27,834 nucleotides of DNA from an uncultured Phascolarctobacterium sp. (GCA_937906915.1 CALCUU010000342.1:1-27834); one strand, 5' to 3'; positions 7,650 through 20,328 are shown, counted from the stretch's first letter. Numbers and translations are program-made. The notes: generated from the letters alone by a model not told the origin.

Positions 7650-9734
7650 GTGGGCAGACAATTTCCGCTTGAGAAAACTAGAAACATCGGCATCATGGCT
7701 CACATCGATGCTGGTAAAACTACCACCACCGAACGTATTCTGTTCTATACCGGCAGAGTACATAAAGTAGGTGAAACCCATGATGGCGGCGCTACCATGG
7801 ACTGGATGGTTCAAGAACAAGAACGTGGTATTACCATCACTTCTGCAGCAACCACCTGCCAATGGGACGGCCACCGTCTGAACATCATCGACACCCCGGG
7901 CCACGTTGACTTCACTGTAGAAGTAGAACGTTCCCTGCGTGTACTGGACGGCTCCGTTGCAGTATTCTGTGCTAAAGGCGGCGTAGAACCTCAATCTGAA
8001 ACCGTATGGCGTCAAGCTGACAAATACGGCGTTCCCCGCATGGCATATGTAAATAAAATGGATATTACCGGCGCTAACTTCTACAACGTAGTTGAAATGA
8101 TGAAAGATCGTCTGGGCGCTAATGCAGTTCCCATTCAACTCCCCATCGGTTTCGAAGACACCTTCGAAGGCATGGTAGACCTGATTAAAATGCAAGCTAT
8201 CGTTTACAACGATAAAATGGGCAAAGACGAAGTTTTCGTTGAAATCCCTGCTGACATGCAAGAAAAAGCAGAAGAATACCGTGCAATGCTTCTCGAAGCT
8301 GTAGCTGAAAGCGACGACGAACTCATGATGAAATATTTGGAAGGTGAAGAACTGACCGAAGAAGAAATCATGGCTGGTATCCGTAAACAAACCATCGCTT
8401 GCAAAATGACTCCGGTTTGCTGCGGTTCTTCTTACAAGAACAAAGGCGTACAACCCCTGCTCGACGCAGTAGTTGCATTCATGCCCGCTCCGACCGATAT
8501 TCCGCCTATCAAAGGCATTAACCCTGAAACCGGCGAAGAAGACTGCCGTCCTTCCAGCGACGAAGAACCCTTCTCCGCATTGGCATTCAAAATCATGACC
8601 GACCCGTTCGTTGGTAAACTTGCGTTCCTCCGCGTGTACTCCGGTACCCTCGGCTCCGGTTCCTACGTTTACAACTCCACTAAAGGCAAACGCGAACGTA
8701 TCGGCCGTATCCTGCAAATGCACGCTAACCACCGTGAAGAAATCGACATGGTTTACTCCGGCGACATCGCTGCTGCTGTAGGTCTGAAAGACACCACTAC
8801 TGGTGACACCCTCTGCGACGAAAAGAACGAAATCATTCTGGAATCCATGGTATTCCCTGATCCCGTAATCTCCGTAGCAGTAGAACCCAAAACTAAAGCT
8901 GACCAAGAAAAAATGGGCATTGCCCTTGCAAAACTTGCTGAAGAAGATCCGACCTTCCGCGTTCACACTGATCCGGAAACTTCCCAAACCATCATCTCCG
9001 GTATGGGCGAGCTTCACTTGGACATCATCGTTGACCGTCTGCTCCGCGAATTCAAAGTAGGCTGCACCGTAGGTAACCCGCAAGTTGCTTATCGTGAAAC
9101 CATTCGCAAAGCTGTTAAATCCGAAGGTAAATTCGTTCGTCAATCCGGTGGTAAAGGCCAATACGGTCACTGCTGGTTGGAAATCACTCCGCTCGAACCG
9201 GGTCAAGGCTTCAAGTTTGAAAACAAAGTTGTTGGCGGCGCTATTCCTAAAGAATACATCAGCCCCATCGAAGCAGGCGTTAAAGAAGCTATGGAAAACG
9301 GCGTAGTTGCTGGTTATCCCATGGTTGACATCGCAGTTACTGTTTATGATGGTTCTTACCACGAAGTTGACTCCTCTGAAATGGCGTTCAAAATTGCTGG
9401 TTCCATGGGCTTCAAATCTGGTGCTCAAAAAGCTAACCCGGTAATTCTCGAACCGTACATGAAAGTTGAAGTTACTGTACCTGAAGAATACATGGGCGAT
9501 GTAATCGGCGACATCAACTCTCGCCGTGGTCGCATCGAAGGTATGGAAGCTCGCAATGGCGCACAAGTTATCAGAGCTTTCGTTCCCCTGGCTGAAATGT
9601 TCGGTTACGCAACCGACCTTCGCTCCAAAACCCAAGGTCGTGGCAACTACTCTATGGAAGTTGACCACTACGAAGATGTTCCCAAAAACATCGCTGAAGC
9701 AATTGTTGCTAAAAACAAAGGCACTAATGCATAA
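7650..9734 (+). CDS. fusA: Elongation factor G
   Basis: [26 protein letters not shown] start. Confidence 0.99.
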   Translation: MGRQFPLEKTRNIGIMAHIDAGKTTTTERILFYTGRVHKVGETHDGGATMDWMVQEQERGITITSAATTCQWDGHRLNIIDTPGHVDFTVEVERSLRVLDGSVAVFCAKGGVEPQSETVWRQADKYGVPRMAYVNKMDITGANFYNVVEMMKDRLGANAVPIQLPIGFEDTFEGMVDLIKMQAIVYNDKMGKDEVFVEIPADMQEKAEEYRAMLLEAVAESDDELMMKYLEGEELTEEEIMAGIRKQTIACKMTPVCCGSSYKNKGVQPLLDAVVAFMPAPTDIPPIKGINPETGEEDCRPSSDEEPFSALAFKIMTDPFVGKLAFLRVYSGTLGSGSYVYNSTKGKRERIGRILQMHANHREEIDMVYSGDIAAAVGLKDTTTGDTLCDEKNEIILESMVFPDPVISVAVEPKTKADQEKMGIALAKLAEEDPTFRVHTDPETSQTIISGMGELHLDIIVDRLLREFKVGCTVGNPQVAYRETIRKAVKSEGKFVRQSGGKGQYGHCWLEITPLEPGQGFKFENKVVGGAIPKEYISPIEAGVKEAMENGVVAGYPMVDIAVTVYDGSYHEVDSSEMAFKIAGSMGFKSGAQKANPVILEPYMKVEVTVPEEYMGDVIGDINSRRGRIEGMEARNGAQVIRAFVPLAEMFGYATDLRSKTQGRGNYSMEVDHYEDVPKNIAEAIVAKNKGTNA

Positions 9735-9768
9735 TATCTTCTAGATACATTTAAGGAGGAAATTCAAA

Positions 9769-10959
9769 ATGGCAAAAGCTAAATACGAAAGAACTAAACC
9801 CCATGCTAATATCGGCACCATCGGTCACGTTGACCATGGTAAAACCACCACCACCGCAGCAATCACCAAAGTTTTGGCACAACGCGGCGGCGCAGAATTC
9901 ATGGACTACTCCATGATCGACAAAGCTCCCGAAGAACGCGAACGCGGCATTACCATTAACACCGCACACGTAGAATATGAAACCGAAACCCGTCACTATG
10001 CACACGTTGACTGCCCGGGCCACGCTGACTATGTTAAAAACATGATCACCGGCGCAGCACAAATGGACGGCGCAATCCTCGTAGTATCCGCAGCTGACGG
10101 CCCGATGCCGCAAACCCGCGAACACATCCTCTTGGCTCGTCAAGTAGGCGTACCCGCAATGGTAGTATTCCTGAACAAAGTTGACATGGTAGACGACGAA
10201 GAATTGCTCGAATTGGTAGAAATGGAAGTACGTGAACTGCTCTCCAGCTACGAATTCCCTGGCGACGACATCCCCGTAGTTGCTGGTTCCGCACTGAAAG
10301 CTTTGGAAGGCGACGCTGCTTACGAAGCAAAAATCCTCGAATTGATGGACGCTGTAGACAACTACATCCCCGTACCTGAACGTGCAACCGACAAACCGTT
10401 CCTGATGCCTGTAGAAGACGTATTCACCATCACCGGCCGTGGCACCGTAGCAACCGGTCGTGTAGAACGTGGTACCATCAAAGTAGGCGACACCGTAGAA
10501 ATCGTTGGCATGCAAGAAGAAAAGAAATCCACCGTTGTAACCGGCGTAGAAATGTTCCGCAAATTGTTGGACGAAGCAGTAGCAGGCGACAACGTAGGCT
10601 GCTTGCTCCGTGGCGTTGACCGTAAAGAAATCGAACGCGGCCAAGTATTGTCCAAACCGGGCAGCATTCATCCGCACACCAAATTCAAAGGCGAAGTATA
10701 CGTACTGACCAAAGAAGAAGGCGGCCGTCACACCCCGTTCTTCAACGGCTATCGCCCCCAATTCTACTTCCGTACCACTGACGTAACCGGCGTAACCCAA
10801 TTGCCTGAAGGCGTAGAAATGGTAATGCCTGGCGACAACGTAACCATGGACGTAGAACTGATCACCCCGATCGCTATTGAAAAAGGCTTGCGTTTCGCTA
10901 TCCGTGAAGGTGGCCGTACCGTAGGCGCTGGCGTTGTTTCCGAAGTAGAAGAAGCTTAA
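9769..10959 (+). CDS. tuf: Elongation factor Tu
   Basis: [40 protein letters not shown]. Confidence 0.99.
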   Translation: MAKAKYERTKPHANIGTIGHVDHGKTTTTAAITKVLAQRGGAEFMDYSMIDKAPEERERGITINTAHVEYETETRHYAHVDCPGHADYVKNMITGAAQMDGAILVVSAADGPMPQTREHILLARQVGVPAMVVFLNKVDMVDDEELLELVEMEVRELLSSYEFPGDDIPVVAGSALKALEGDAAYEAKILELMDAVDNYIPVPERATDKPFLMPVEDVFTITGRGTVATGRVERGTIKVGDTVEIVGMQEEKKSTVVTGVEMFRKLLDEAVAGDNVGCLLRGVDRKEIERGQVLSKPGSIHPHTKFKGEVYVLTKEEGGRHTPFFNGYRPQFYFRTTDVTGVTQLPEGVEMVMPGDNVTMDVELITPIAIEKGLRFAIREGGRTVGAGVVSEVEEA

Positions 10960-10982
10960 TTTTAGTTAGTTCCCGTATTAAT

Positions 10983-11012
10983 ATATGAGGGGCTTAGGTG
11001 AGCCCCTCATAT
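10983..11012 (+). terminator. Strong hairpin after tuf (weak terminator or mRNA-stabilising stem)
   Basis: Perfect 12-bp stem ATATGAGGGGCT/AGCCCCTCATAT, followed by an interrupted T-rich tail (TATTATGTTTATTT). Confidence 0.6.
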
Positions 11013-11030
11013 TATTATGTTTATTTGTAT

Positions 11031-11121
11031 GGCCCTGCGATGATGTGAAAGGTTGCTTGCCTGCAAGACAGGGAGATTTTCACGGAGTATGTCCGTTCTT
11101 AGAAACTGGGCGTTTAGGAGG
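11031..11121 (+). promoter_or_regulatory. rpsJ (S10) leader structured RNA with a kink-turn
   Basis: GCGATGA...AGGTTGC...CGGAG.ATGTC...GGGCG resembles Firmicutes rpsJ leaders as recalled. Stem GTGAAAG/TTTTCAC, with tandem G.A pairs next to a 3-nt bulge. Confidence 0.75.
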
Positions 11122-11133
11122 AAAAATTTTATA

Positions 11134-11445
11134 ATGGCTAAGTCTCAAAAAATCAGAATACGCCTCAAAGCGTATGACCACAAAGCACTTGATCAAAGCG
11201 CTGCAAAAATCGTAGAAACTGCAAAACGTACTGGTGCGCAAGTTTCTGGTCCGATTCCCCTTCCGACTGAAAAAAATATTTACACCATTCTGCGTTCCCC
11301 GCATGTTAACAAAGACTCTCGTGAACAATTCGAAATGAGAACTCACAAACGTCTTGTTGACATTCTGGAACCCACCGCAAAAACTGTTGATGCATTGATG
11401 CGTTTGGACCTTCCGGCTGGCGTAGACATCGAAATTAAACTGTAA
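11134..11445 (+). CDS. rpsJ: 30S ribosomal protein S10
   Basis: [30 protein letters not shown]. The true start is ATG 11134, not 11053. Confidence 0.99.
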   Translation: MAKSQKIRIRLKAYDHKALDQSAAKIVETAKRTGAQVSGPIPLPTEKNIYTILRSPHVNKDSREQFEMRTHKRLVDILEPTAKTVDALMRLDLPAGVDIEIKL

Positions 11446-11460
11446 GGAGGAGGGACAATA

Positions 11461-12102
11461 ATGGCTAAAGGTATTTTAGGCAAAAAACTGGGCATGACCC
11501 AAATTTTTGAAGCTGACGGCAAATTGATCCCTGTAACTGTTGTAGAAGCAGGTCCTTGCGTAGTACTTCAAAACAAAACCGTTGAAACCGACGGCTACAA
11601 TGCTGTACAACTTGGTTTTGGCGAAATGAAAGAAAAACATACCACCAGACCGATGAAAGGCCACTTTGATAAAGCTGGCGTAGCTCCGGTAAAATTTGTA
11701 AGAGAATTGCGTTTGGCTGCTCCTTCCGAATTCGAAATCGGCCAAAAAGTAACTGCTGACATCTTTGAAGCAGGCGAATTGATCGATGCAACTGGTATTT
11801 CCCGTGGTAAAGGCTTCGCAGGCACTATTAAGCGTCACAACTTCGCTCGCGGTCCTATGAAACACGGTTCCAAATCTCACCGTGAACCCGGTTCCATGGG
11901 TCCCATGTATTCCGGCCCGGGCGGTCGCGTAATCAAAGGCAAAAAATTGCCTGGCCGTATGGGTGCTGTGAAATCTACTGTTCAACGTTTGACTATCGCA
12001 AAAGTTGATGCAGAACGTAATCTTATTTTGGTTAAAGGCTCCATTCCTGGTGCTGCTGGTTCTTTCGTAATCCTGAAAGAAACCGTAAAACCGAAAAAAT
12101 AA
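11461..12102 (+). CDS. rplC: 50S ribosomal protein L3
   Basis: [19 protein letters not shown]. Confidence 0.99.
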   Translation: MAKGILGKKLGMTQIFEADGKLIPVTVVEAGPCVVLQNKTVETDGYNAVQLGFGEMKEKHTTRPMKGHFDKAGVAPVKFVRELRLAAPSEFEIGQKVTADIFEAGELIDATGISRGKGFAGTIKRHNFARGPMKHGSKSHREPGSMGPMYSGPGGRVIKGKKLPGRMGAVKSTVQRLTIAKVDAERNLILVKGSIPGAAGSFVILKETVKPKK

Positions 12103-12134
12103 GAGCGTAAGCGAAAGAAAGGAGGATGCTTCTA

Positions 12135-12758
12135 ATGCCGAAGTTATCAGTATATAACATCTCCGGTCAAGTTACCGGTGAAATAGAATTGAATGACGTT
12201 GTGTTTGGCGCTGAATTCAATGAAGCTGTTGTACACGAAGCAATCGTAATGCAACTTGCTAACCAACGCCAAGGCACTTCTGCTACCAAAACTCGCGGTA
12301 TGGTACGCGGTGGCGGTCGCAAACCTTGGAAACAAAAAGGCACCGGCCGTGCACGTTCCGGTTCCAACCGTTCTCCTGTTTGGGTAGGTGGCGGTACCAC
12401 TTTTGGTCCCCAACCCCGCAGCTATGCTAAAAAAATGAACCGTAAAGCTCGCCGTCTGGCTCTTTGCTGTGCATTGTCTGCAAAAGTTGCAGCTAACGAA
12501 TTGGTAGTAATCGACGGCTTGACCTTCGATGCTCCGAAAACCAAAAACGTAGTAGCTATGCTCAACGCTTTCGAAGCAGCTACTGCAAAAGCACTGCTTA
12601 TCACCAATGGTTGTGAAAACGTAGAACTTTCCGCACGCAACATGCCGAAAGTAACCACCATCACTAACATGGGCCTGAACTGCTTTGATATCCTTCACGC
12701 TAACAAAGTATTCCTGGCTAAAGAAGTAGTAGAAAAAATTGAGGAGGTGCTCGCATAA
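12135..12758 (+). CDS. rplD: 50S ribosomal protein L4
   Basis: [16 protein letters not shown]. Start chosen from SD spacing. Confidence 0.98.
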   Translation: MPKLSVYNISGQVTGEIELNDVVFGAEFNEAVVHEAIVMQLANQRQGTSATKTRGMVRGGGRKPWKQKGTGRARSGSNRSPVWVGGGTTFGPQPRSYAKKMNRKARRLALCCALSAKVAANELVVIDGLTFDAPKTKNVVAMLNAFEAATAKALLITNGCENVELSARNMPKVTTITNMGLNCFDILHANKVFLAKEVVEKIEEVLA

Positions 12759-13048
12759 TGGCTGCTAATCCTCGCGATTTATTGATTCGTCCCATCATCA
12801 CCGAAAAAACTTCCATGATGATGCAAGAAAACAAATACACCTTCCAAGTTCCCCTGGAAGCTAACAAAGTAGAAATCCGCCAAGCTGTCGAAGCTATTTT
12901 CGGCGTTAAAGTTTTGAGCGTAAATACTATCCGCGTTCTTGGCAAAACCAAACGCATGGGTAGATATGTTGGTAAACGTTCCGACTATAAAAAAGCAATC
13001 GTTAAGCTTGCTGAAGGCAATACGATTCCCCTTTTCGAAGGAATGTAA
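12758..13048 (+). CDS. rplW: 50S ribosomal protein L23
   Basis: [20 protein letters not shown] overlap with rplD. Confidence 0.99.
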   Translation: MAANPRDLLIRPIITEKTSMMMQENKYTFQVPLEANKVEIRQAVEAIFGVKVLSVNTIRVLGKTKRMGRYVGKRSDYKKAIVKLAEGNTIPLFEGM

Positions 13049-13075
13049 TTAACGTAATATAAGGAGGTCAAGAAA

Positions 13076-13906
13076 ATGGCTATTAAAAGCTTTAATCCGT
13101 ATTCTCCTTCCAGACGCTTTATTACTGTGTCTGCCTTCGAAGAGATTACGACTGATAAGCCGTACCGCCCGCTTGTTGAAAAACTCGTAAGAAAAGCTGG
13201 CCGTAACAATACCGGCAAAATGACCGTTCGTCATCAAGGCGGCGGCCACAAAAGACAATATCGTATCATCGACTTCAAACGCAACAAAGACAACATTCCT
13301 GCTAAAGTTGCTACCATCGAATACGATCCTAACCGTAACGCACGCATCGCTCTGGTAAACTATGCTGACGGTGAAAAACGTTACATCATCGCTCCCCTTG
13401 GCTTGCAAGTTGGCGATGTAATCGTAAGCGGTCCGGAAGCCGACATCAAAGTTGGTAACTGCCTGCCGCTGAAAAACATTCCGCTGGGTACTACCGTACA
13501 CAACGTAGAAATGAAAATCGGTAAAGGTGGCCAAATGGCTCGCAGTGCTGGTGCATCTGCTCAGCTGATGGCTAAAGAAGGCGACTATGCTCTTCTTCGT
13601 CTCCCTTCCGGTGAAATCCGCAAAGTACATATCAACTGCCGTGCAACCATCGGCCAAGTTGGTAACATTGACGCTGAAAACATCTGCATCGGTAAAGCTG
13701 GTCGCTCCCGCTGGATGGGCATCCGTCCTGCAAACCGCGGCGTAGTTATGAACCCGAATGACCATCCGCACGGTGGTGGTGAAGGTCACTCCCCCGTTGG
13801 TCGTAAACGTCCTGTTACTCCTTGGGGTAAATGCGCATTTGGTACCCGTACTCGTAAAGAGAAAAAAGCTTCTACTAAGCTCATCTTGAAACGTAGAACT
13901 AAATAA
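13076..13906 (+). CDS. rplB: 50S ribosomal protein L2
   Basis: [19 protein letters not shown]. Confidence 0.99.
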   Translation: MAIKSFNPYSPSRRFITVSAFEEITTDKPYRPLVEKLVRKAGRNNTGKMTVRHQGGGHKRQYRIIDFKRNKDNIPAKVATIEYDPNRNARIALVNYADGEKRYIIAPLGLQVGDVIVSGPEADIKVGNCLPLKNIPLGTTVHNVEMKIGKGGQMARSAGASAQLMAKEGDYALLRLPSGEIRKVHINCRATIGQVGNIDAENICIGKAGRSRWMGIRPANRGVVMNPNDHPHGGGEGHSPVGRKRPVTPWGKCAFGTRTRKEKKASTKLILKRRTK

Positions 13907-13937
13907 TATAACAGGATAAGGAAAGGAGGCTAACCTA

Positions 13938-14213
13938 GTGTCCAGATCAGTTAAAAAAGGACCTTATGTCCATGCTAGCTTGTTGAAAAAAATCGACGCG
14001 CTTAATGCCGCTAATGATAAAAAAGTTGTAAAGACCTGGTCTCGCAGCTCTACTATTCTCCCGGATTTCGTTGGTCACACCATTGCGGTTCATGACGGAC
14101 GCAAACATGTTCCCGTGTTCATCACCGAGGATATGGTAGGCCACAAATTGGGCGAATTCGCTCCTACTCGTACCTATAAAGGTCACGCTGACAAAACCAC
14201 CAAATTAAGATAA
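13938..14213 (+). CDS. rpsS: 30S ribosomal protein S19
   Basis: [23 protein letters not shown] start. Confidence 0.99.
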   Translation: MSRSVKKGPYVHASLLKKIDALNAANDKKVVKTWSRSSTILPDFVGHTIAVHDGRKHVPVFITEDMVGHKLGEFAPTRTYKGHADKTTKLR

Positions 14214-14232
14214 GGGGAAGGAGGAAAATAGA

Positions 14233-14565
14233 ATGGAAGCAAAAGCAATTGCAAAATATATCCGTATTGCACCGCGCAAACTGCGCATTGTAATCAATCT
14301 GATCCGCGGTAAATCCGTAGGTGAAGCATTCGCAATCCTCAAATTCACCCCGAAGGTTGGTTCTGAGGTAATCGAAAAAGTACTGCGTAGCGCTGTAGCT
14401 AACGCTGAACATAACTTTGATATGAACGTGGACAACCTGGTAGTATCCACTTGCTTCGTAGATGCAGGCCCTACCATTAAACGTATCCATCCGCGTTCCC
14501 GTGGTCAAGCTTTCAAAATCTTGAAACGTTCCAGCCACGTAACTGTAGCAGTTAAAGAAAAATAA
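14233..14565 (+). CDS. rplV: 50S ribosomal protein L22
   Basis: [24 protein letters not shown]. Confidence 0.99.
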   Translation: MEAKAIAKYIRIAPRKLRIVINLIRGKSVGEAFAILKFTPKVGSEVIEKVLRSAVANAEHNFDMNVDNLVVSTCFVDAGPTIKRIHPRSRGQAFKILKRSSHVTVAVKEK

Positions 14566-14592
14566 TATCCCGTCAGAAGGAGGGAAAAGATA

Positions 14593-15258
14593 GTGGGTCA
14601 AAAAGTACATCCTCATGGTCTCCGTGTTGGCGTAATCAAAGGTTGGGATTCCAAATGGTACGCTGGCAAAGATTATGAAAAATTCTTGTTAGAAGACATC
14701 AAAATCCGTGAATTCATTAAAGAAAAACTGTTCTTGTCCGGTATTTCTAAAGTAGAAATCGAACGCGCATCCAATAAAGCCCGCATTTCCATCCATACTG
14801 CGAAACCTGGTATGGTAATCGGTCGTCAAGGCAGCAACATTGAACTGCTCAAATCCGACCTGAAAAAAATGACTGACAGCGCAATCGACATCAACATCGT
14901 AGAAGTTAAAACCCCGGATATGGACGCAACTTTGGTTGCAGAGAACATTGCAGCACAATTGGAACGCCGCATCGCTTTCCGTCGTGCTATGAAACAATGC
15001 GTAGGTCGCACCATGCGTATGGGCGCTAAAGGTATCAAAATCACCTGCGGCGGTCGTTTGGGCGGCGCTGAAATCGCTCGTAGCGAAAGCTATCGCGAAG
15101 GCAGCATTCCTCTGCACACTCTGCGTGCTGACATCGACTACGGCACTGCAGAAGCTCATACCACTTATGGCCGTATCGGCATTAAAGTATGGATTTACAA
15201 AGGCGAAGTCCTTCCTGAAAAAGAAGCAGTTAAAGCTGCTCCGGCAAAGGAGGCATAA
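14593..15258 (+). CDS. rpsC: 30S ribosomal protein S3
   Basis: [35 protein letters not shown] start. Confidence 0.99.
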   Translation: MGQKVHPHGLRVGVIKGWDSKWYAGKDYEKFLLEDIKIREFIKEKLFLSGISKVEIERASNKARISIHTAKPGMVIGRQGSNIELLKSDLKKMTDSAIDINIVEVKTPDMDATLVAENIAAQLERRIAFRRAMKQCVGRTMRMGAKGIKITCGGRLGGAEIARSESYREGSIPLHTLRADIDYGTAEAHTTYGRIGIKVWIYKGEVLPEKEAVKAAPAKEA

Positions 15259-15264
15259 TCAGAT

Positions 15265-15717
15265 ATGTTATTACCGAAAAGAGTCAAACATCGTAAACAA
15301 CATAGAGGTCGTATGACCGGTCGTGCTATGCGTGGTAATAAAATCTCCCATGGCGAATACGGCCTGGTAGCTTTGGAACCGGCTTGGGTAACCAACCGTC
15401 AAATCGAAGCTGCTCGTATTGCAATGACCCGTTACATCAAACGTGGCGGTCAAGTATGGATTCAAATTTTCCCGGACAAACCGATCACTGCAAAACCTGC
15501 TGAAACTCGTATGGGTTCCGGTAAAGGTTCTCCGGAATACTGGGTAGCAGTAGTAAAACCGGGTCGTGTATTGTTCGAAATGAACGGCGTAGCCGAAGAT
15601 GTAGCAAAAGAAGCTATGCGTCTTGCTAGCCACAAATTGCCCATCAAATGCAAATTTGTGACCCGTGCTCAGCAGGAAGCTGAAGCTGCCGCACAAGAAA
15701 AGGGTGGTGAAGCTTAA
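15265..15717 (+). CDS. rplP: 50S ribosomal protein L16
   Basis: [19 protein letters not shown]. Confidence 0.99.
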   Translation: MLLPKRVKHRKQHRGRMTGRAMRGNKISHGEYGLVALEPAWVTNRQIEAARIAMTRYIKRGGQVWIQIFPDKPITAKPAETRMGSGKGSPEYWVAVVKPGRVLFEMNGVAEDVAKEAMRLASHKLPIKCKFVTRAQQEAEAAAQEKGGEA

Positions 15718-15911
15718 TGAAAACAACAGAAATTCGTGAAATGTCTGCTGCTGAGTTAGACACCAAATTGGCAGTTTTGAAAGAAGAACTTTTCAATCTG
15801 CGTTTTCAAATGGCAACCGGTCAATGTGAAAACCCGATGAAAATTCGTGAAGTTAAAAAATCCATTGCCCGTATCAAAACTATTCAACGCGAACGCGAAT
15901 TGCAAGCTTAA
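15717..15911 (+). CDS. rpmC: 50S ribosomal protein L29
   Basis: [19 protein letters not shown] overlap. Confidence 0.99.
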   Translation: MKTTEIREMSAAELDTKLAVLKEELFNLRFQMATGQCENPMKIREVKKSIARIKTIQRERELQA

Positions 15912-15943
15912 TAGTTTTTGACTTGAACAAGGAGGAAACAGTC

Positions 15944-16204
15944 GTGACCGAAGAAAGAAACGCACGTGTTACCCGTATTGGTAAAGTTGTCAGCGATAAA
16001 ATGCAAAAAACTGTAGTAGTTGCAGTTGAACGTTTCGTTCCGCATCCGCTGTACAAAAAAGGCGTACAACATACTATTAAATTTAAAGCTCATGACGAAA
16101 ATAACGAAGCACATATTGGCGACGTAGTTCAAATTATGCAAACTCGTCCGCTTTCCAAAGATAAATGCTGGCGCGTTATTGAAATTTTAGAGCGTGCAAA
16201 ATAA
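15944..16204 (+). CDS. rpsQ: 30S ribosomal protein S17
   Basis: [20 protein letters not shown] 15944 follows SD AAGGAGG. Confidence 0.98.
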   Translation: MTEERNARVTRIGKVVSDKMQKTVVVAVERFVPHPLYKKGVQHTIKFKAHDENNEAHIGDVVQIMQTRPLSKDKCWRVIEILERAK

Positions 16205-16240
16205 TTTTGCCACTAGATTGATTGGCAAGGAGGGAAATCC

Positions 16241-16609
16241 ATGATCCAACAACAAACTATCCTTAACGTTGGTGACAACACCGGCGCTAAGAAAGTTATG
16301 TGCATCCGCGTACTTGGCGGTTCCTACCGTAAATACGCTAACATTGGTGACGTAATCGTGTGTGCTGTTAAAGATGCATCACCCGGTGGCGTTGTAAAAA
16401 AAGGTGACGTAGTTAAAGCAGTTGTTGTTCGTTCCGCTAAAGGTGTTCGTCGTGCTGACGGCTCCTACATCCGTTTCGATGAAAACGCTGCTGTAATCAT
16501 TAAAGACGACAAGAGCCCGCGTGGTACCCGTATTTTTGGACCCGTTGCTCGCGAACTTCGTGAAAAAGATTTCATGAAAATTGTTTCTCTGGCACCGGAA
16601 GTGCTGTAA
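16241..16609 (+). CDS. rplN: 50S ribosomal protein L14
   Basis: [25 protein letters not shown]. Confidence 0.99.
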   Translation: MIQQQTILNVGDNTGAKKVMCIRVLGGSYRKYANIGDVIVCAVKDASPGGVVKKGDVVKAVVVRSAKGVRRADGSYIRFDENAAVIIKDDKSPRGTRIFGPVARELREKDFMKIVSLAPEVL

Positions 16610-16647
16610 GAAATTCAGATAACGCACTATAAGGAGGTGTTCTTGAC

Positions 16648-16977
16648 ATGGCAAACGCTGTAAAGCTGCATGTTAAAAAAGGCGATACCGTTCTTGTTTT
16701 GTCCGGTAAAGACAAAGGCAAGCAAGGTAAAATCGTTGAAGCTCTGCCTAAGAAAGCCAAAGTGGTTGTTGAAGGCGTGAATAAAGTTAAACGTCATACC
16801 AAACCGTCTCAAGCAAATCCTCAAGGTGGTATCATTACTAAAGAAGCTCCGATGTCTTCTTCCAAAGTAATGTTGGTATGCCCGGCTTGCAAAAAAGCAA
16901 CCCGTATCAAAAAATCCGCTGTTGCTGGCGAATTCGTAAGAGTTTGCAAAAAATGCGGCGAAGTAATCGATAAATAA
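16648..16977 (+). CDS. rplX: 50S ribosomal protein L24
   Basis: [19 protein letters not shown]-terminal CxxC...CxxC. Confidence 0.99.
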   Translation: MANAVKLHVKKGDTVLVLSGKDKGKQGKIVEALPKKAKVVVEGVNKVKRHTKPSQANPQGGIITKEAPMSSSKVMLVCPACKKATRIKKSAVAGEFVRVCKKCGEVIDK

Positions 16978-17004
16978 TAATCCGGGAAAGGAGGAAAATA
17001 CTTA

Positions 17005-17550
17005 ATGGCAAAGACCAGATTACAAGAAAAATATTTGTCCGAAGTTGTTAAAGGCTTGATGGACAAATTCCAATATAAAAACGTTATGGAAATTCCTAAA
17101 GTTGAGAAAGTTGTAATCAACATGGGCGTTGGTGAAGCTGTTGCAAACAGCAAAGCATTGGAAACTGCAGTAGCAGACATGACCTTGATTGCAGGTCAAA
17201 AACCCATCATCACCAAAGCTAAAAAATCCATCGCAGCTTTCAAAGTACGTCAAGGCATGCCTTTGGGTGCAAAAGTTACCCTGCGTGGTGACCGCATGTA
17301 CTACTTCCTTGATAAACTCATGAATCTCGCTCTTCCGCGTGTACGTGACTTCCGTGGTGTAAATGCTAACGCATTTGACGGCAGAGGTAACTACGCTCTC
17401 GGTCTCAAAGAACAATTGATTTTCCCGGAAATTGAATACGATAAGATTGATAAAGTACGTGGCATGGATATCATTATTGTTACTACCGCTAAGACTGACG
17501 AAGAAGCTAGAGAATTGCTCAGACTTCTCGGAATGCCGTTCAGCGCATAA
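17005..17550 (+). CDS. rplE: 50S ribosomal protein L5
   Basis: [21 protein letters not shown]. Confidence 0.99.
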   Translation: MAKTRLQEKYLSEVVKGLMDKFQYKNVMEIPKVEKVVINMGVGEAVANSKALETAVADMTLIAGQKPIITKAKKSIAAFKVRQGMPLGAKVTLRGDRMYYFLDKLMNLALPRVRDFRGVNANAFDGRGNYALGLKEQLIFPEIEYDKIDKVRGMDIIIVTTAKTDEEARELLRLLGMPFSA

Positions 17551-17567
17551 GGTGAGGAGGGAATATT

Positions 17568-17753
17568 TTGGCTAAGAAAGCCCTGATTGAAAAATGGAAA
17601 AGCGAACCGAAATTTGAAGTTCGCCGTTATAACCGCTGCAAAGTATGTGGCAGACCTCACGGCTATATGCGTAAATTTGGCCTCTGCCGTATCTGCTTCC
17701 GCGAATATGCTTACGAAGGTGCTATTCCGGGCGTAACCAAAGCAAGCTGGTAA
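17568..17753 (+). CDS. rpsN: 30S ribosomal protein S14, zinc-binding type Z (61 aa)
   Basis: CKVCGRP...[15 protein letters not shown] start. Confidence 0.99.
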   Translation: MAKKALIEKWKSEPKFEVRRYNRCKVCGRPHGYMRKFGLCRICFREYAYEGAIPGVTKASW

Positions 17754-17786
17754 GAACGACAACTAAGGAAGGAGGGTATACTAAGT

Positions 17787-18185
17787 ATGGTAATGACTGA
17801 CCCGATCGCTGATATGCTTACCCGTATCCGTAACGCAAATTCAGTTCATCACGATAAAGTTGAAATCCCCGGCTCCAAAATTAAAGTTGCTATCGCAGAA
17901 ATTTTGAAAGCTGAAGGTTTCATTAAAGATTTCGAAGTAATTGCTGATAACAAACAAAGCGTTATCAAAGTTAGCCTGAAATACGGTGCTAATAAAGAAA
18001 AAGTTATTTCCGGTATTAAACGTATTTCTAAACCCGGTCTGAGAGTTTACTCTCAAAAAGACCAACTGCCCAGAGTCCTCGGTGGCCTTGGCATTGCAGT
18101 AATCTCCACCTCTCAAGGTTTGATGACCGACAAAGCTGCTCGTAAAGCAGGTTTGGGTGGCGAAGTACTGGCTTACGTATGGTAA
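17787..18185 (+). CDS. rpsH: 30S ribosomal protein S8
   Basis: [20 protein letters not shown]. Confidence 0.99.
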   Translation: MVMTDPIADMLTRIRNANSVHHDKVEIPGSKIKVAIAEILKAEGFIKDFEVIADNKQSVIKVSLKYGANKEKVISGIKRISKPGLRVYSQKDQLPRVLGGLGIAVISTSQGLMTDKAARKAGLGGEVLAYVW

Positions 18186-18214
18186 TACACTAAAAAGATA
18201 GGAGGTGCTCGTAC

Positions 18215-18763
18215 GTGTCTAGAATTGGTAAAATGCCAATCACTGTTCCCGCTGGTGTAACAGTTACTATTGAAGATAACTTCGTGACCGTTAAAGGTCC
18301 TAAAGGCGAACTTTCCCGCCAAATCAATAAAAACATGAAACTGACCCTGGACAACGGTGTTCTCACCGTAGAACGTCCTAATGATGATAAAGAAAACCGC
18401 GCTATGCACGGTTTGTCCCGTACTTTGATCAACAACATGGTTGTTGGCGTACATACCGGTTTCAGCAAAACTCTGGAAATCAATGGTGTAGGTTATCGTT
18501 GCGCATTGCAAGGCAAAAACATCAACTTCACCCTCGGTTTCTCTCACCCTGTAGTTAAAGAGCCGCCTGCTGGTATTACCTTTGAAGTACCTGCTCCGAA
18601 CAAAATTATCGTAAGCGGCGCTAACAAAGAAGTTGTAGGCGCAGTTGCTGCTGAAATTCGTACCTTGCGTCCGCCTGAACCGTATAAAGGTAAAGGTATC
18701 CGTTATGCTGGTGAATTCGTTCGTCGCAAAATGGGTAAAGCTGGCGGCAAAGGCAAGAAATAA
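18215..18763 (+). CDS. rplF: 50S ribosomal protein L6
   Basis: [20 protein letters not shown] start. Confidence 0.99.
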   Translation: MSRIGKMPITVPAGVTVTIEDNFVTVKGPKGELSRQINKNMKLTLDNGVLTVERPNDDKENRAMHGLSRTLINNMVVGVHTGFSKTLEINGVGYRCALQGKNINFTLGFSHPVVKEPPAGITFEVPAPNKIIVSGANKEVVGAVAAEIRTLRPPEPYKGKGIRYAGEFVRRKMGKAGGKGKK

Positions 18764-18788
18764 TTTCTAAAAGAAGGGAGTGAAACTC

Positions 18789-19151
18789 TTGTTTAACAGA
18801 GTTGATAAAAACGAGAAACGTCAAAAACGTCATCTCCGTTCTCGTAGATATATTATCGGTACTGCAGAAAGACCGCGTCTCAACGTATATCGTTCCTTGG
18901 CTAACATTTATGCTCAAGTAATTAACGATGTAACCGGTGAAACCATCTGTGCTGCTAGCACCGTTGAAAAAGACCTCAAAGCTATCTATGGTGGCAACAT
19001 TGAAGCTGCTAAAGCTGTAGGTAAAGCAATCGCTGAAAAAGCACTGGCTAAAGGCGTTAAAGAAGTAGTATTCGACCGCGGTGGTTACCTGTATCATGGT
19101 CGTGTAGCTGCTTTGGCTGAAGCTGCTCGCGAAGCTGGTCTTGAATTCTAA
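18789..19151 (+). CDS. rplR: 50S ribosomal protein L18
   Basis: [23 protein letters not shown] 18789 chosen from SD spacing. Confidence 0.97.
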   Translation: MFNRVDKNEKRQKRHLRSRRYIIGTAERPRLNVYRSLANIYAQVINDVTGETICAASTVEKDLKAIYGGNIEAAKAVGKAIAEKALAKGVKEVVFDRGGYLYHGRVAALAEAAREAGLEF

Positions 19152-19168
19152 GAGAAGGAGGAAATAAA

Positions 19169-19669
19169 GTGGCTAATTTCGAAAATAAAGAAAACGAATT
19201 AAAAGAGAAAGTCGTTTTCATCAACCGCGTTGCTAAGGTTGTTAAAGGCGGTCGCCGTTTCTCCTTCGCTGCACTGGTTGTTGTTGGTGACGAAAATGGT
19301 CATGTAGGCATGGGCCTGGGTAAAGCTGCAGAAGTTCCTGAAGCTATCCGCAAAGGCGTTGAAGACGCTAAGAAAAACTTGGTATCCGTACCTTTGGTTG
19401 GTACCACCATTCCTCATGAAATCATTGGTGTATTTGGCGCAGGCCGCGTGTTCTTGAAACCCGCTTCCCAAGGTACCGGCGTTATCGCTGGTGGCCCGGT
19501 TCGTGCGGTACTCGAACTGGCAGGCGTTCATGATATTCTTACTAAATGTCAAGGTTCTAATAACCCGAACAACGTTGTTCGCGCAACTATCGAAGGTTTG
19601 AAATCCTTGAAATCTGCTGAAGCAGTTGCTGCTCTGCGTGGTAAAACCGTAGAAGAATTGTTGGGCTAA
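19169..19669 (+). CDS. rpsE: 30S ribosomal protein S5
   Basis: [25 protein letters not shown] start. Confidence 0.99.
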   Translation: MANFENKENELKEKVVFINRVAKVVKGGRRFSFAALVVVGDENGHVGMGLGKAAEVPEAIRKGVEDAKKNLVSVPLVGTTIPHEIIGVFGAGRVFLKPASQGTGVIAGGPVRAVLELAGVHDILTKCQGSNNPNNVVRATIEGLKSLKSAEAVAALRGKTVEELLG

Positions 19670-19687
19670 TCTAGGAGGAAATTTGTA

Positions 19688-19867
19688 ATGGCACAAATTA
19701 AAATCACTTTGACCCGCAGCTTGATCGGTTATCCGCAAGACCAACGCATGACCGTAAGAGCTTTGGGCTTAACCAAAATCCGTACTTATGTTATTAAAGA
19801 AGATACTCCGACTATTCGCGGCATGATTCACAAAGTAGAACATCTCGTGAAAGTTGAAGAAGCGTAA
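19688..19867 (+). CDS. rpmD: 50S ribosomal protein L30 (59 aa)
   Basis: Translated by hand as [28 protein letters not shown]...[24 protein letters not shown]. Absent from the ORF track because it is short. Confidence 0.98.
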   Translation: MAQIKITLTRSLIGYPQDQRMTVRALGLTKIRTYVIKEDTPTIRGMIHKVEHLVKVEEA

Positions 19868-19887
19868 GACAAGGAGGTATATTGAAG

Positions 19888-20328
19888 ATGAAATTACATG
19901 AATTGTCTCCCGCTCCTGGTTCCAAACGTGAATCCTTCCGCGTAGGCCGTGGTTTGGGCTCCGGTTTGGGCAAAACTTCCGGTAAAGGCCAAAAAGGTCA
20001 AAAATCCCGTTCCGGCGGCGTAAAACGCCCTGGTTTCGAAGGTGGTCAAAGACCTTTGTACCTGCGTTTGCCGAAACGTGGTTTCTATAACAAATTCGCT
20101 AAAGAATATGTTGAAATCAATGTAAGCGTACTGAACCGCTTTGAAGACGGCACTGTTGTTGAACCGGTAATGCTCATCGAAGAAGGCATTGTTAAAAACG
20201 TTCGCGATGGCATCCGCATTCTCGGCGGTGGCGAATTGACCAAAAAACTTACTGTACAAGCTATGGGCTTCAGCAAATCCGCTGAAGAAAAAATCATTGC
20301 AGCTGGCGGTAAAGTTGAGGTGATCTAA
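19888..20328 (+). CDS. rplO: 50S ribosomal protein L15
   Basis: [26 protein letters not shown]. Confidence 0.99.
   Translation: MKLHELSPAPGSKRESFRVGRGLGSGLGKTSGKGQKGQKSRSGGVKRPGFEGGQRPLYLRLPKRGFYNKFAKEYVEINVSVLNRFEDGTVVEPVMLIEEGIVKNVRDGIRILGGGELTKKLTVQAMGFSKSAEEKIIAAGGKVEVI

Noticed and set aside
11053..11133. 27-aa N-terminal extension of S10 in the ORF track
   Set aside because: It runs through the structured leader RNA. The SD and homology support ATG 11134.
15670..15717. Ala/Glu-rich C-terminal tail of L16
   Set aside because: Variable tails carrying the rpmC SD are common in Firmicutes.
16207..16228. Short inverted repeat TTGCCA/TGGCAA before rplN
   Set aside because: A 6-bp stem with a large loop and no U-tract is too weak to call.
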